Origin: Eledone cirrhosa
Lineage: Eukaryota
Assembly: GCA_964016885.1 (NCBI GenBank)
Contig: OZ024743.1
Span: 253,394,001-253,458,000, forward strand
Direction: 5' to 3'
DNA length: 64,000 nt
A model generated the notes under the pieces. That model was not told the DNA's origin. It made no database searches and saw only the letters and a list, made by a program, of their open reading frames with translations. Made by a program: the position numbers and the translations under genes. This document shows, one piece after another, positions 35,865 to 50,129 of the stretch. How positions within the stretch are numbered: position 1 is the first letter of the stretch; every line of letters begins with the position of its first letter.

Positions 35865-36194
35865 TCCTTTGTCAGTGTTGAACAAACGAGCAACGGTGGT
35901 TGCTAGACACTACGGCTTAATACGGGATGTTTGTTTACAAACACACCGAGCATTATAATAAATGTTCGGTGAATCCATACGTGCATATATATATGTGTGC
36001 ATGTATGTATATATATATATACATACTACTGTACGTCGGTATACATATATGTATGTACGTGTACATACTTATATTTAAGTAACAGCCGTACTAAGAGTGG
36101 GAAATGAAATATCGTTTCATTTTTTCCGTTTATATATGAATAATTGTTCATCTTGATGTTATAGTCACTTATATGTCTGAATTATTGTTGGCTT

Positions 36195-37556
36195 TTGGCT
36201 TACATTAATTTCTCTATTTTCATATATATATATATGGATACTTTCCACAATGAACTCCCACAACGCATCAAAAAAGAATTCGTGATAGAGGGACTCAAAT
36301 TTATCTTGGAGAACAATTACTTCGTTTTCAATAACAAACCCTACAGGCAGAAATCTGGGACCGCTATGGGAACGAAAACAGCCCCTACTTATGCCAACCT
36401 AGTCATGGGATACCTGGAAATCACCCTCTACACTAAAGTGCTAAACAAATTTGGAAACACCCTCCACTTACACATTGAAAGGAACTGGAAGCGATATCTA
36501 GATGACTGCTTCATCCTTTGGCACGAAAACATCGAAAAACTTAAAGAATTTCACACCCTTATAAATGGGCTCAACACAAATATTAACTTCACGATGGAAT
36601 ACAGCCATCAACAACTCCCCTTCCTCGACATCCTCATTAAGATCCATAACAAAAAAATAGAAACAGACATATACTACAAGCCCACAGACTCCAAGCAATA
36701 TCTCCCCTTCAACTCTTGCCACCCTAGACACGTTAAAATTAATATTTCCTACAACTTAGCCAAGAGAATCTGTACTATAGTCTCCAATAAAAACATCTGC
36801 TACTTACGGCTACAAGAACTAAAGGACACACTCATAGGCAGGGACTACCCTGCATCACTAATTGACAATGGAATCCAACGTGCCCTAAAACTCAGTACCC
36901 AGGACCTTAGACACCCTAAAGGAAATCAACCAAAACTAAAAGCTCTTCCATACATCTCCACACACAACCCCCTCAACAATGAGGCCTTTGACACCATCCT
37001 CCAGAACCTCCCTGTATTGAAAAAGGACCATAGAATGAACCAAATTCTACGAACACACGATATCATAAAGAGCAAAAGACAATCCAAGTCAATGAAAAAC
37101 ATCTTAACACATGCCAAAGTACTGCCAACCACAACAACGAAACCCACAGTAAAAAAATGCGATAGACCCAACTGCGGCATTTGCATCAACCTAATAGAGG
37201 GTTCGGAATTCTATTTCAAAGATGGACAACGTGTTATAGTAAAACACAATTTCACATGTGCATCGGAAAATCTAATATATGTATTAACTTGTTCAGGTTG
37301 TCGAGAACAATACATAGGCCAGACCAAAAACAGCCTCCGCCAACGCATGACTGTCCATAGATCCCAAATTAAAATACGGGAATACAGGAAAATACCACTG
37401 AGTGAACACATTGATACCTGTGCCGCCCAAAATGATCCCAACTTCAGAATATTTCCCCTCTACAAATTTAAAGATAATGCCACCCACACCCAGCGCATCA
37501 GCAAGGAATCTTACTTCATTAACAAATACGGACCCCGTCTAAACACTTCTCCCTAA
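36195..37556 (+). mobile_element. 5'-truncated Penelope-like element (Neptune-like): RT C-half plus GIY-YIG endonuclease
   Basis: QKSGTAMG, YANLVM, RYLDD, FTME, LPFLD, IYYKPT, S.HP. Cys linker CDRPNCGIC. NLIYVLTC..C..QYIGQT..R..H. Homology begins next to a TA run at about 36234. Confidence 0.9.
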
Positions 37557-38094
37557 GACGAACACACAACATACACACGTCAACATACATACCTACATCA
37601 GCACACATCTCTACCCACATATAAACACAATGACACACGTAAACACACATGCTCTATGGTGCAATACAAAAAAATATATGTGCATATATATGTATGTATA
37701 TATGTATATATATATATGTAGTGAATATATGTATGTGTATATATATATAGTGAATATCATTTCACACCTTTTATTGTTAAGATGTTTGATGTTCTATTAA
37801 GAGAACCGATTTTACTGAAAAAATCGAATAATGTACACCATTTTACGAGGGGGAAAAAAATACTGGTCCACCCACCCACACACACACACACACACACATA
37901 TATACACAAACACATACAAACGCGTACATCAACATACAAAGAGACTTATACACACACACACACACACACACACACGCACTTCTCCGTATAAGACAAAAGC
38001 TGAAAAATATCTTTTGACATGCTAAAATACCCCCCATTGCTTTCAGACACATTCTTACTGACCATCGAATTACTCTGCTATACACACACACACA

Positions 38095-38139
<45 letters not shown>

Positions 38140-38213
38140 ATCTTAATAGCCATTTGACACACATCGCTGCTGGCTATTGTCGCAGCATCGAACACCTTAC
38201 TACTACTACTACT

Positions 38214-38264
<51 letters not shown>

Positions 38265-38310
38265 TACACACACACACACACATATTTGTTGTGAAAGAGT
38301 CATTTCTCAA

Positions 38311-38556
38311 TCTTGGCGCAAAACCAATTTTTTATCCACATGACCTCTACCGACCAATCAAAATTGTCTTGACCACAAGCATTTTTGCAACACAAAAATA
38401 ACGCTGGAGCCACTTTTTTAACATAAAAACAGTCTTGGCGCAAAATCAACTTTTTACATTCACATGACCTCTACCGACCAATCAAAATTGTTTTGACCAC
38501 AAGCATTTTTGCAACACAAAAGTAACGCTGGAGCCACTTGTTTAACATAAAAACAG
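38311..38556. repeat. Two-copy tandem repeat, period about 122 bp
   Basis: TCTTGGCGCAAAA at 38311 and 38433. Confidence 0.85.
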
Positions 38557-38772
38557 GTAGAATTCCCAAAACTAATCAGATCAGAGCAAACAGCACGGAC
38601 GCTCTATCTCAAAATTATTTTTGAAAAGCATTTAGAAATGCGCAACCGGTAAAAACTTAAAAACTTAAAACCACAACTGAATACTAACCCATACAATCAC
38701 TAATACTCTTTTATTCCTAATTAAACCATTTTTCAACTGTGAACAATTTGTCAGCATTTTCTATTCCGTTTA

Positions 38773-38844
<72 letters not shown>

Positions 38845-41188
38845 TATGTATTGTCATACTTGGGGAGGGTCATATTGTTGTGGTAATATTACCAGAAATA
38901 ACAAAAGAACACACTCACTCTTTGGCTGGTTTTCGGTTCTGTATCTTTTAAATCTCCACACTTAATTCATTTGGTCCTTAATGTTTATCATTGACTGACC
39001 AACGGTCAAAAATACGGATATAATATAGATATAAACACATATATATATAGTCTAACAAAGTTCTTTCGTTGCAAATCTCCAACATCATCACTGCTACTAT
39101 TATGTTCCTCCTGCTGTATAGTATGTCTACGCCATTTTTATTTTATATGTTTATTTATTTATTTATTTATATTTCTCTTACGTCAGTATTGTTTGGGTAT
39201 TGTCGTTATTCCATTCATTCTTTCTGTTTAGCTTCGGCCTTCTAAGCTCTATTTCGCTTGCCTCTCTGATTTGCCTATCTGCTAGGTCATTTCTATGTTT
39301 AGACATTATTTTAATTTCTATGTTGTCTATGTTACCATCATGTTGTTGTCTGGCGTGTACGTATTGTACTGAACCGTTTTTTCGTCCTTTTCATTCCCCC
39401 CAGTGTTGGTCTATCCTTTCTCCTATGCTTCAGGCTGTCTCGTCTATGTATGTTGTTGTCATGTTTCTGCAAGTACCCTCTGTACATCTTATGCTATAGA
39501 CTACATTTCTCGTTTTACAGTTTATTTGGGTGTTTAACTGGAGGTGTACTTTACATATAACACATTCCCTATTAGTACAGTGGGTTTTATTAAAATGGTA
39601 TGTTTTGCTGATCAGGGATGTTATGGTAGTTTCTGGCTTTTCTACCACTTTAATCTTTAAGTGGGTCTTTCTCAGGGCGTTTCTACACTGGTTAGCTAAT
39701 TTCCCTCCAGGGGAAGCGTCAACTAACATGACACTCTGGTATCTCTGGTTGTCGTACCATGTGGTGGCTTTCCCTGTCTTATGTTTAGTCCTATCTATGC
39801 TATTCCATGATTGGCTCCTGTATAATGGGCATATTCCTTTAATGTCCAGTTCTATGAGGGTCTTACACTTCTCCGTGGGTCCTTTGTATACTCTGATACT
39901 GTCTCTTTGGTTGTAACAAGAGAACAGCATGCGGTTGATGAAGTGTTGGATGTGTCTTTCCATTTCTGTTGGGTCGCACATGCGGGACACGTTCTTCAGC
40001 ACTCGTACCAAGTTTGCGATCAGAATATTAAACTTAGCACTACTGGACATTGCTGAGTTTTTGAGTATCAGGTATTTGGAGGCCATGGTTTTAGCGTAGT
40101 ATGAGTAGAGAATAATTTGGTCCCACTCGTCTATAGTGTTAATCCAGAGTTCCGTGTCTAATACAGGTAGTCTATTGTTAGGGTGTTTGGAAGGGTAGTC
40201 GATAGTTACAGTTATACTTTGGTGTATGGAATTAGCTATCTGCTGGATGCTTTCTATTGTGCTATATTCTAAATCATATTTGTTAGTACTCTCTTGTGGG
40301 GGTGTCCTTATTACTATATTAATATCGTCTATGTAACGAGAGTTCATGATGAGGTCAATGGAGCTCTCATCATGGAGATATTTGAGTCTCCTTTCCCACC
40401 ATAACATAAACACGTTGGCAACGTCACCAGCTATGCTGACGCCAATGGCTGCTCCCTAATTTTGTGTGTAGATCTTTTCGTCGAATTTGAATATATGGCC
40501 CTTTAGGGTAGTATTAATACTAGCCCCTATTGCATGCGCGACCATTTTTCTTCATATTTTGGGTGGTCCGTATGGCTTTGGTCTACCCAATCCACCTTCC
40601 CATGGGAGTCCTTTTTGCCATTGAGGTTATGGTGGGGGTCTACCTCTTATGGGTCTACTGGGGTAGAAACGGCTAAGGTCATGGCTGTCTAGTACTCGGA
40701 CTCATAGGTAAGTCTAAGTAGGAGGCCCAGTTCATATGTGTCGACGTCGCAGAACTCTACCTCACTCTCACTGATCATGTTCACACATTTTTCCACAACA
40801 AAGTCAATGTTAATGGATGGGTATAGTGACAGCACGTCCATACTTCCTATTATGCAGTTATATAGGTTTTTGTTTTTGTTGCACTAATTGATTCTGCTGG
40901 GGAGGTCCTCTGTACTGTCACATACATCTGGGGACATCTTCATTATGGGGCGTATAACCATCGAGAGGAAGTAGGAGATACTGTAGTTGCTAGCGATATT
41001 GGCTCCGCATACAGGTCTTGTTGGTCAGTCAATGATAAACATTTAGGACCAAATGAATTAACTGTGGAGATATAAAAGATACAGAAGCGAAAACCAAACA
41101 AACAGTGAGTGTGTTCTGTTGTTATTTCTGGCAATATTATTACAACAATATGACCCTCCCCATGTATAACAATATTTGTTTCGACACA
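38845..41188 (-). mobile_element. Older, decayed 5'-truncated Penelope-like element of the 56.6-62.4 kb family, with inverted pseudo-LTRs, in (TA)n
   Basis: ORF remnant 39430-40413 matches 57149-59941. pLTR at 38845-39010 (-) and an inverted pLTR at about 41020-41188 (+). (TA)n on both sides. Confidence 0.88.
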
Positions 41189-41266
41189 TATATATATACA
41201 TTTCTGAGTTTAGTCCTCAATCAGACAAAAAAGAAACATAATCGAGAGTAAGGAGAGGAAGAAACG

Positions 41267-41395
<129 letters not shown>

Positions 41396-42989
41396 CGTCA
41401 GGAAATGTTGTGACGTGGTTTAGAAAGTCGACTGTGATTTTGGTATTTGTTTTTACTTGTGGCCAAAGATTTTATGTCACCACGGCGTACCTAGGACTCA
41501 ATCAGGTATTTCGGGTTCATACATGCGCACGGTTGTGCATCTAATCTAAACTGGATACACAGAGCAAGGACCACCACACAAATACATGAACTAATTAAAT
41601 ATTTATTTGTGTAATGTTTAGAATGTTTCGAAAACAATTGAAATATGTAATTGTCTTCATAAACCAGGAAAGTAAAAATTGTTACTAAAAATGTTTCTCA
41701 GAGAAACTTGAAAAGGTTTATATTAATCATTCTGTTACCATATTTCTAATGAAAAACACTGCAAATATGTTTAAGTTAACTTTGAAAATATTCGAAAAAT
41801 TAAGAGCAGGTTCTCTGGAAGTTGAGAGTTCTCTAGACTAGAGTTTTCTTCTTACATTAGTTGATACGGTTTCATGTGGAGGAGGATGTTAATAGATTTA
41901 CACCTTTTAAACATTTTTTGTAGACATTCTCCAACAGAGACACATGTTTAAAATAATCTAAAATGCGAATCCCACTTCATTTCAAATGTTTTTGATGTCG
42001 TTAGTTCTCATATGGACAGTTTATCGAAAAGTCTCGCAAGTTGTCTAACAAATTCCGTCTTAAGTATGTATTAGTCAACCTAAGTATATAAATAGTCAAA
42101 GTTGCTACACAGTGTGCTTAAACACGGAAACATGTGATTGTTGTGAAGCTCATTTCTTTACCGCACAAACGTGTCTGTCTGCTCTCCCACAACAACACCT
42201 GCCCCATATTTTCGGAATTAATTTAGTTCTGCTTGCTATAACATTTTATAATTTCTGTTATGAAAATAATACCATCATATAGTTATGAGAGAACATTGTA
42301 GTTAACTGTGTCTTATCTCGAATATACTACATTATATTCCACCTGGCGAGTTCTGGTCACAACATAAGATAAACCTGATGGGTTTTTTTTTCAAATACAC
42401 AAGGAGATAGATGTGTGGAGATTTGACATATATCGTATATACACACAGATATGCCAGTATACTCAGAGTACTGTCCCTGATGAAATATTAATAAATCCTG
42501 AAACAGTGTTGCCTGACATTCCTCAGAATATACTGGCGACTCTATGATATATTCATAGAGAGAAATAGAGAACATATATTTTATTTTCATTTCGATTCTT
42601 TACGAAAACATATTTTTCTTCGGCAGCGAGGCTATGTGGGAATTTTAACAGATAAATTACAAATAAGAAGAACGTAGAAAAGACATCTGTACATCATTGG
42701 ATTATATGGGTAAGCGTTTGTACAACACGTGCACCACTCTCTAAGTCTCAGATATTATTATCTGATCACAAGCCTAAGCACCATGACCAACAATCACGTA
42801 AAACTGCAGGTTTTACTTCAGAGTTTCCATCTGAAGAGGAATGCGTAACCACAGTTCGGGATCCTTCTCTCATTGTGAACTCTCTTCTTGTTCTCATTTA
42901 CAAACACAATACCAGTAGATGAGTTGCATAAGTCCGTTGACTTTGTGATACGGACGGTTGACCAAAGAGGCTCTTCTGTTCGGAATCAG

Positions 42990-44370
42990 ATGACATAGGC
43001 CATTGATTCTGATTTTAATTCATCGGCTGTAGTCCACCATCAACCAAACTGCTAAGTCTGTGGGTTTCAGACACAGGCCCTGCTATAATTGGCCTGAGTT
43101 TTAACTCTTCAGGTGACGTTAATTCTATGTATTTGTTAGTCGAAGTGTCACATACATCGTTTATGAGTTTACATTTATGGATTCTTGGTAAGCCCTAGAA
43201 AGTACTTGTTTTATATTTGAAATGGCTTATGAATTCAAATTCTTTTGTGGTTAGGTTATTGCGATATATTTGTAGTAATGCCAGAGGATTCCCCATTGTT
43301 TTAGTTTGTTTGTAGGTTTCTTGTTTTTCCGTAGTATTTGTTGTCGTCTAAGATTTGAAATGCCAGGTCCCTAAAGTAGTCAGTATGCATAATGACTACA
43401 GTACTCCCTTTATCGGCTTCATTGATGGTTATTTCAGTGTTATCTCGAAGTGTGAATAATTCTTTCCATTCGAATTTGGAGATGATCGATTTTGTGTGTT
43501 TATTTGCAATATGTTCATAGGGAAAGTTTATGATGCGTTCGCAGCAGATGACCAGTGCTGTATTCCGTCCTTACTCAGGGCAGAAATCATTTTGTTTCTG
43601 ACTATTGATTCGTCTTCAGTGTTGGTGTCATTGGAGAAGTATTCTATTAGTCTTAGTTTTCGGCAGAATTCCATGATGCCATCGTTCATTTCGGGGAAGT
43701 TAGATTTTTATGGTGTGGCTGTAAATTCCAGACCCTTACTTAATACATTAATTTGTGTGTTAGATGGTGATATCTTTGAAAAGTTAATTATTTGCGGTTT
43801 CTCATGAGTGGGGCCATCTGGTGTCCTGTTATTTCAGTCTTTTTTCCTAAAAAAGGAAAAGGAATGTTATTTTGGTAGTAATTGTAGTCTGCTTGTATGT
43901 TTTGTATGGACCTGTATTTTTTTATGAGAGTTAATGTGGTGATGGGGGTGGTATCTGTTGTAGTTGTTATTGTGTTAGAGCTCTGTTATGAGTTCATGTG
44001 GTCTGGGTGGATTCTTTCTGGGATAAATTTTGTTGATGTTGTGGGGTTGTTTTTTGTAGTGTTGGGGGTGATACCTGTTGTAATTGTTAATGTGGGAAGA
44101 TTTTGTTGGGATTTCATGTGGTCTGAGCAGATTTCTTCTGAAGTCTATGGTGTTTATGTTGGTGGTTTGTTCTATGTTGTTTTGGGGTTGAATTATGTAG
44201 GAGATGTGGTTAAGTATACCTATGTTGTGGTTTTTGGGTATATTTCTTCTGCTATTGTTGGCTGTATTTGGTTTGCGTGGGGTTTTGTCAGTGGCTTATT
44301 CGTGTTGGGGTTGATGGTAAGAATGTTTCTGTGGAGTTTCTTGTTTTGTTTAATTTTATAAAGTGGTTAT
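42990..44370 (-). pseudogene. Decayed N-terminal half of a Penelope-like ORF
   Basis: Minus-strand remnants INFSKISPSNTQINVLSKGLEFTATP, ITINEADKGSTVVIM, F*GLPRIHK and LRPIIAGP. Confidence 0.75.
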
Positions 44371-44446
44371 TTGAGTGATGTATCCTTTTGAAATCCTTTT
44401 CATATTCATATATGTATATATATGTATATATATATATATATGTATG

Positions 44447-44579
<133 letters not shown>

Positions 44580-45134
44580 CAAGCCAAGCAATAACACAAT
44601 GTATTTGTTTTATTATTTTAGTGAAATAACTTGCATGAATGTAACCCCACCTCCACTATATATATACATATATATATATATACATATATATATACATACA
44701 TATATATATATAAAGATACATATAGATGGAGAGCAATAACAATGTATCATTTTAGACAAATAAGAGCCCTCAACTTGCATAAATGCCATGAAAGAAAACT
44801 AAAAATGTTGTTGTTGCACACAGGAGGAAGTTTTCTAAATCCCATATTTATTTATCATATTCAATGTCTTCTCTTACCCTTAGATTGATTCGTATTATTT
44901 GCTTACTACACTCTTAGAATAAACAATTCTGTTTAGTTTCTTAACTTTTCCGCACAGATCTAGAATATATCTTTACGCACAATTCTGTAATTGTTGCAAA
45001 TTATTCGTAAGTAGGTTTGAAAGTGGGAAGGGTACTTTTCTGCACCATAGTAGAATACATAGTAAGTAATTTATGTCTTTTACCGATGACAAAATATATC
45101 GATAATGTAAAATAGAATATTTGCGTCATGGTCA

Positions 45135-45180
<46 letters not shown>

Positions 45181-45192
<12 letters not shown>

Positions 45193-46429
45193 AAAAAATG
45201 GGGAGAAGAATACTACAGGTTGCACATGGAAAACATGTAATAAAATGAGGCCCTCATCAGTGATTTGCCGACGATCATAGATATTTCATTGCATTACAAA
45301 TCATATACCTCACGTCGGTGCAATAATAACTAAATTAAGTTATTAGTTCAATTAAAACGCGTAAAGCGAGTGAGACAAGATAACAACAAAGAGGAGAGCT
45401 AACCGTAGAGAGGAAGGGAACAAGCTACATAGTTATTCTGTTAGCATAAGCTAGGTGAATATATGAGCGCTTAGAAAAAAGACCTCTCGGGATGAAACCA
45501 AATGTGAGAAAGAGAGAAAATGTTTTCGTCGCGAACGGGGTGAAGTGAGAAGGGGAGAAACAGTGAGTGAGTGAGTGGAAGTGTGAGGAAGAGTTAACTG
45601 ACATGACAGAGGGGGCGAAAGAAAGTAGGAGAAACAAAGAGAACGAGGGAGCAGTAAGAGAGAGAGAGAGAGAAAAAAACAGAATCGCAGTTTAGGTAAA
45701 TATATGTGAAAAAATGGGGAGAAGAATACTGCAGGTTGCACATGGATAACATGTAATAAAATGAGTCCCTCATCAGTGATTTGCCGACGATCATAGATAT
45801 TTCATTGCATTACAAATCATATACCTCACGTCGGTGCAATAATAACTAAATTAAGTTATTAGTTCAATTAAAACGCGTAAAGCGAGTGAGACAAGATAAC
45901 AACAAAGAGGAGAGCTAACCGTAGAGAGGAAGGGAACAAGCTACATAGTTATTCTGTTAGCATAAGCTAGGTGAATATATGAGCGCTTAGAAAAAAGACC
46001 TTTCGGGATGAAACCAAATGTGAGAAAGAGAGAAAATGTTTTCGTCGCGAACGGGGTGAAGTGAGAAGGGGAGAAACAGTGAGTGAGTGAGTGGAAGTGT
46101 GAGGAAGAGTTAACTGACATGACAGAGGGGGCGAAAGAAAGTAGGAGAAACAGAGAGAACGAGGGAGCAGTAAGTGAGAGAGAGAAAAAAACAGAATCGC
46201 AGTTTAGGTAAATATATGTGAAAAAATGGGGAGAAGAATACTGCAGGTTGCACATGGATAACATGTAATAAAATGAGTCCCTCATCAGTGATTTGCCGAC
46301 GATCATAGATATTTCATTGCATTAAAAATCATATACCTCACGTCGGTGCAATAATAACTAAATTAAGTTATTAGGACAATTAAAACGCGTAAAGCGAGTG
46401 AGACAAGATAACAACAAAGAGGAGAGCTA
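45181..46429. repeat. Tandem array of a 512-516 bp unit (about 2.4 copies) embedded in (TA)n
   Basis: TGAAAAAATGGGGAGAAG at 45191, 45707 and 46219. Units are near-identical. (TA)n at both ends. Confidence 0.93.
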
Positions 46430-47752
46430 TATATATATATGTATATATGCCGAGAGAGAGAGATATTGCACATATAATATAAATCATACAGTAGAATTCT
46501 CTCACGACACTAACTCTCAGTGAGATATTCTTTTGCTCTGAATGACGAAGCACGAATGAGTTGAGAGATAAATTGAGGCATAGAGTGAAACAAATGTGGT
46601 GTATAGTTGAGGGAGTTATGCTGGTATGGCCATGTAATTTGTATAGATGATGATCGCTGGGAGAAGTGCCAGAAGTTCCAAGTGGAAGGAAGTCAAGTAA
46701 GAAGATTAAAATAAATAGAAGTAAGTTGCGATAGTTGCGCTCAAGAAACAACGCATCATAAAGTGGATGACAAAAGAAAGAGACAAGTGAAGAGATATTG
46801 TCGGTGACCCCACACCGACAACTCAGCGTCAGGTTACTCTGGTATTGTTAACAGGTTAGATGTATGATAAACATGTCTTTAATAGTCTGGAAAGGAAGGA
46901 ATGGAAGATACTTGAAGAGAGACTCGTTTTGAACTCAAGAAACAAAGAACCTAAACAAATACAATAAGGCATCTCGTGTGATGTACAAATAATTTCAACA
47001 ATCCACGGTTCTGGTTTGGTATAGTGAAATAGAAATCTGAAACTTATATAACAATCACATTGTGCATTCTGAAGTTATTTGTTGTATTTCATTTTATGAT
47101 TTCATTTCCAAAACACTATTTCATTTAAATTCATTATTATGGAAATTGAATATTCCTGTGAATATTCTTTTATTTTGAGAATGGCAAACTTTTACATATG
47201 TTTGTTTTCTCGGTGGTTTATTGGTTTAATGTAAATTTGATGAAGAAGAACAGTGCAGTTTATTTCAAGGAAGGAAGCAGGTGTGCTTACCTTTAATTTA
47301 TTTACGTACTTCACAGTTGCAAATCTTACACAGCAACCCCTATCTCAACTATCCCTATCTTTGTCACAATGTTGTTGTTGTTGTTGTTGTTGTTATTATT
47401 ATTATTATCATTTATTGCAGTGAAGAAGAAGGCTAGTAGGCTACTAATTATCTGTGGGTTTGTTCACTAATCAATAAATCTAACTAAATGGCAATAATTT
47501 AATTGAGGCAGTTTATAATTATCTTATTTATGCCTTTTATTGATGTATTTTCCTCCATCGACATCATGCGGCGATAAATAATAAAGCTGGTTTGATCCTG
47601 AATGGACCTGTACTTAAATCATTTAATAAGGATTAAGGCATCTCTTCTTTATTGTTTAGTGAAGCAATAAGCAGACACATGCACACAAACTGACACGAGA
47701 ACACACACTGACTGACTCACATGCATATATGTACACACACACATACATACAT

Positions 47753-47796
<44 letters not shown>

Positions 47797-48028
47797 GTGA
47801 GCTGACATTCTCTCACATATAAACGCAAACACTAACACACAAGCATGTTTATAGCAATTGATAAACTTGCAAACCTTAATCTTAGCTAATTACTAAATGA
47901 CATGATTAGTATATCATGGTATTTTATATACAAAGATTTAGATTTTACTTCGGATATTCCTGGCTTTTGTAGTAAATCCTTTGATGAGAATGAATAAAGA
48001 AAATATCATAATTACTCTGTTCAATGTA

Positions 48029-48190
48029 GGTGGCAGAGTAGGTAGGGCATCGGATAAAACGCATTGTGTTCTTTGTTATTGCTTCCAGCGTTCTAAGTTC
48101 AAATACTGCGGAGGTCTACTTCACATTTCATCATCTTGAAGTGTCGACAAATAAAGTACCTGTCTAGGCCGCGAAGGATTATTGTAATTA
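48029..48190 (+). mobile_element. Decayed copy of the Meta-like tRNA SINE
   Basis: GGTGGCAGAGTAGGTAG (A-box-like), GTTCAAATAC (B-box-like), TTTCATC..GTCGACAAATAAAGTACC. Confidence 0.6.
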
Positions 48191-49427
48191 ATTGTTATAG
48201 AGTAAAAAAATATATTTTGTGGCATCTGATTCGGCTCAGTGAATTCCGAGCTGAAATCTCACCTACGTCTGTCCGGTATTGAAGCCTGCTGATATTTTTA
48301 GCAATGAAAGAAGCAATGAAAAAATGATTTCCTTCTTCAGATCTTGCGATAAGCATGTTTCCATTTTTATTTTGTGTAAATCATTTGATGAGATAGAATA
48401 AATTGTTACCATTTTTATACCAAACTGCCTGAAACCACCCATTTCTATTGCCTTAATTTGTTTATACTTATCTACACATCTTCCATCGTAATTGTATATA
48501 AGATCATTTCTTAGGTTATGTTCCGAACACCAATTAAATAATGAGACATTTAGTTACATTTCTAAATTCCTCCACATACTTGATTATTTTGAAGGTTATT
48601 TGAAAATCGAGGGCATTGTCTTTCATTAGAAATATAGTAACGGAATCTGTAATTCTCTAGTTTAGAATACACGGATGATATAGGCAGCTACCAATTCGCT
48701 TTCTACTTCTTTTGAACGAACACATAGTAACAAATCCGAACACTTAAAGATAATGATACAGTGGAACCCTGAGAACAAAGAATAAAGAAGAGAGAATATT
48801 CCAATAAATATTAAGCTATCAACTATTTAAACTGTCTGCTGGCTAAATTCATTAAACTAATCCCTACTTCAGCGTGAAATTTCTGCTATCAGCAGTTTTA
48901 TGTTAACTTGTTATATATGGCTCATTGTTGAATTAAAGAGGGAAAATGATAGTAAATTACGTAATATACTTGGCCTGTTTATGGGCAAAGTGACAGAAAC
49001 TTTACTGTTGCTTCAAGGAATGAGATTTTCAAGAACAGCAACAGTAACAACAACAACAGCAAGAGCAAGAGCAACAGTAACAACAACAACAAGAGCAACA
49101 ACAACAGTAACAACAACAGTAAGAATACGAACAACAACAGTAGCAAGAGTAAGAATAATAACAATAATGGTAATTATAAAAAGAACAACAGTAAAAATAG
49201 AGTTTAGAACTACAGCAGCAACATCAACAATAGCAATAGCAATAGTAACAACAACAGTAATAGCAGTAAGTACCACCCTAACAACAGCAACTGTTAACAA
49301 CACCACTAACAGCAACAATAAGAACAGTACTAACAACAATAGCTGTAACAACAACATTAATAGTAAGAAACATACCAACACCAACAAGAATAATATAATG
49401 AGCAACAACTACAATAACCGTCTGTGT

Positions 49428-49489
49428 ATTTAAACATTACATTCTTAAATGCATTTAACAAAATGCATTTAAGAATGTAATGTTTAAAT
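49428..49489. repeat. Perfect 29-bp inverted repeat with a 4-nt spacer
   Basis: ATTTAAACATTACATTCTTAAATGCATTT-aaca-AAATGCATTTAAGAATGTAATGTTTAAAT. Confidence 0.95.
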
Positions 49490-49731
49490 TCCTTTAGTTA
49501 ATAATTCTTTTGAATTGTTATTAATTTTGATGAAATTTTAAGTTATGCCTCCTTATATATATCCGAATACGTCGTCTGTTTCAATAGAGTTAAATTTTAC
49601 TGGTGTATGTATAGAGTGGTAGGGATGCCGTCGTAACATGAATATTATTTAACCTGAGTGGCGCCGATCCTCTCTCTAGGTTTAAACACAGCGGATTTCT
49701 TCCAGAGAAGGAGAAATGAGAGATAGAGAGA

Positions 49732-49812
<81 letters not shown>

Positions 49813-50129
49813 AGAAGAAGAAGAAGAAGAAGAAGAAGAAGAGATGATAGAGAGGAGAAATCAACTCCAGTACTGGACTAATGATCTGTACCCGATTTCA
49901 TAAGCAATTAACTGTAATTACAGTGATTTTCTGCATTCGAGTATCCTACATCGATATATATAAAATCTTCTATAAATTTATTCACTCAGTACTTAGTAAG
50001 TCCGAAATTTCGAGCATAGATATTATATTTACTTAGCATTTCAGTCATGAAAGGTTTAAACCATCTGATACCGAACTGCTGCAACCACACCTGATTCTAT
50101 TCTAACAAAATATTTATTTAAGGTGTTTA

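Noticed and set aside
42825-42870. CTGAAGAGGAA hammerhead-like start
   Set aside because: The GAAA box is missing.
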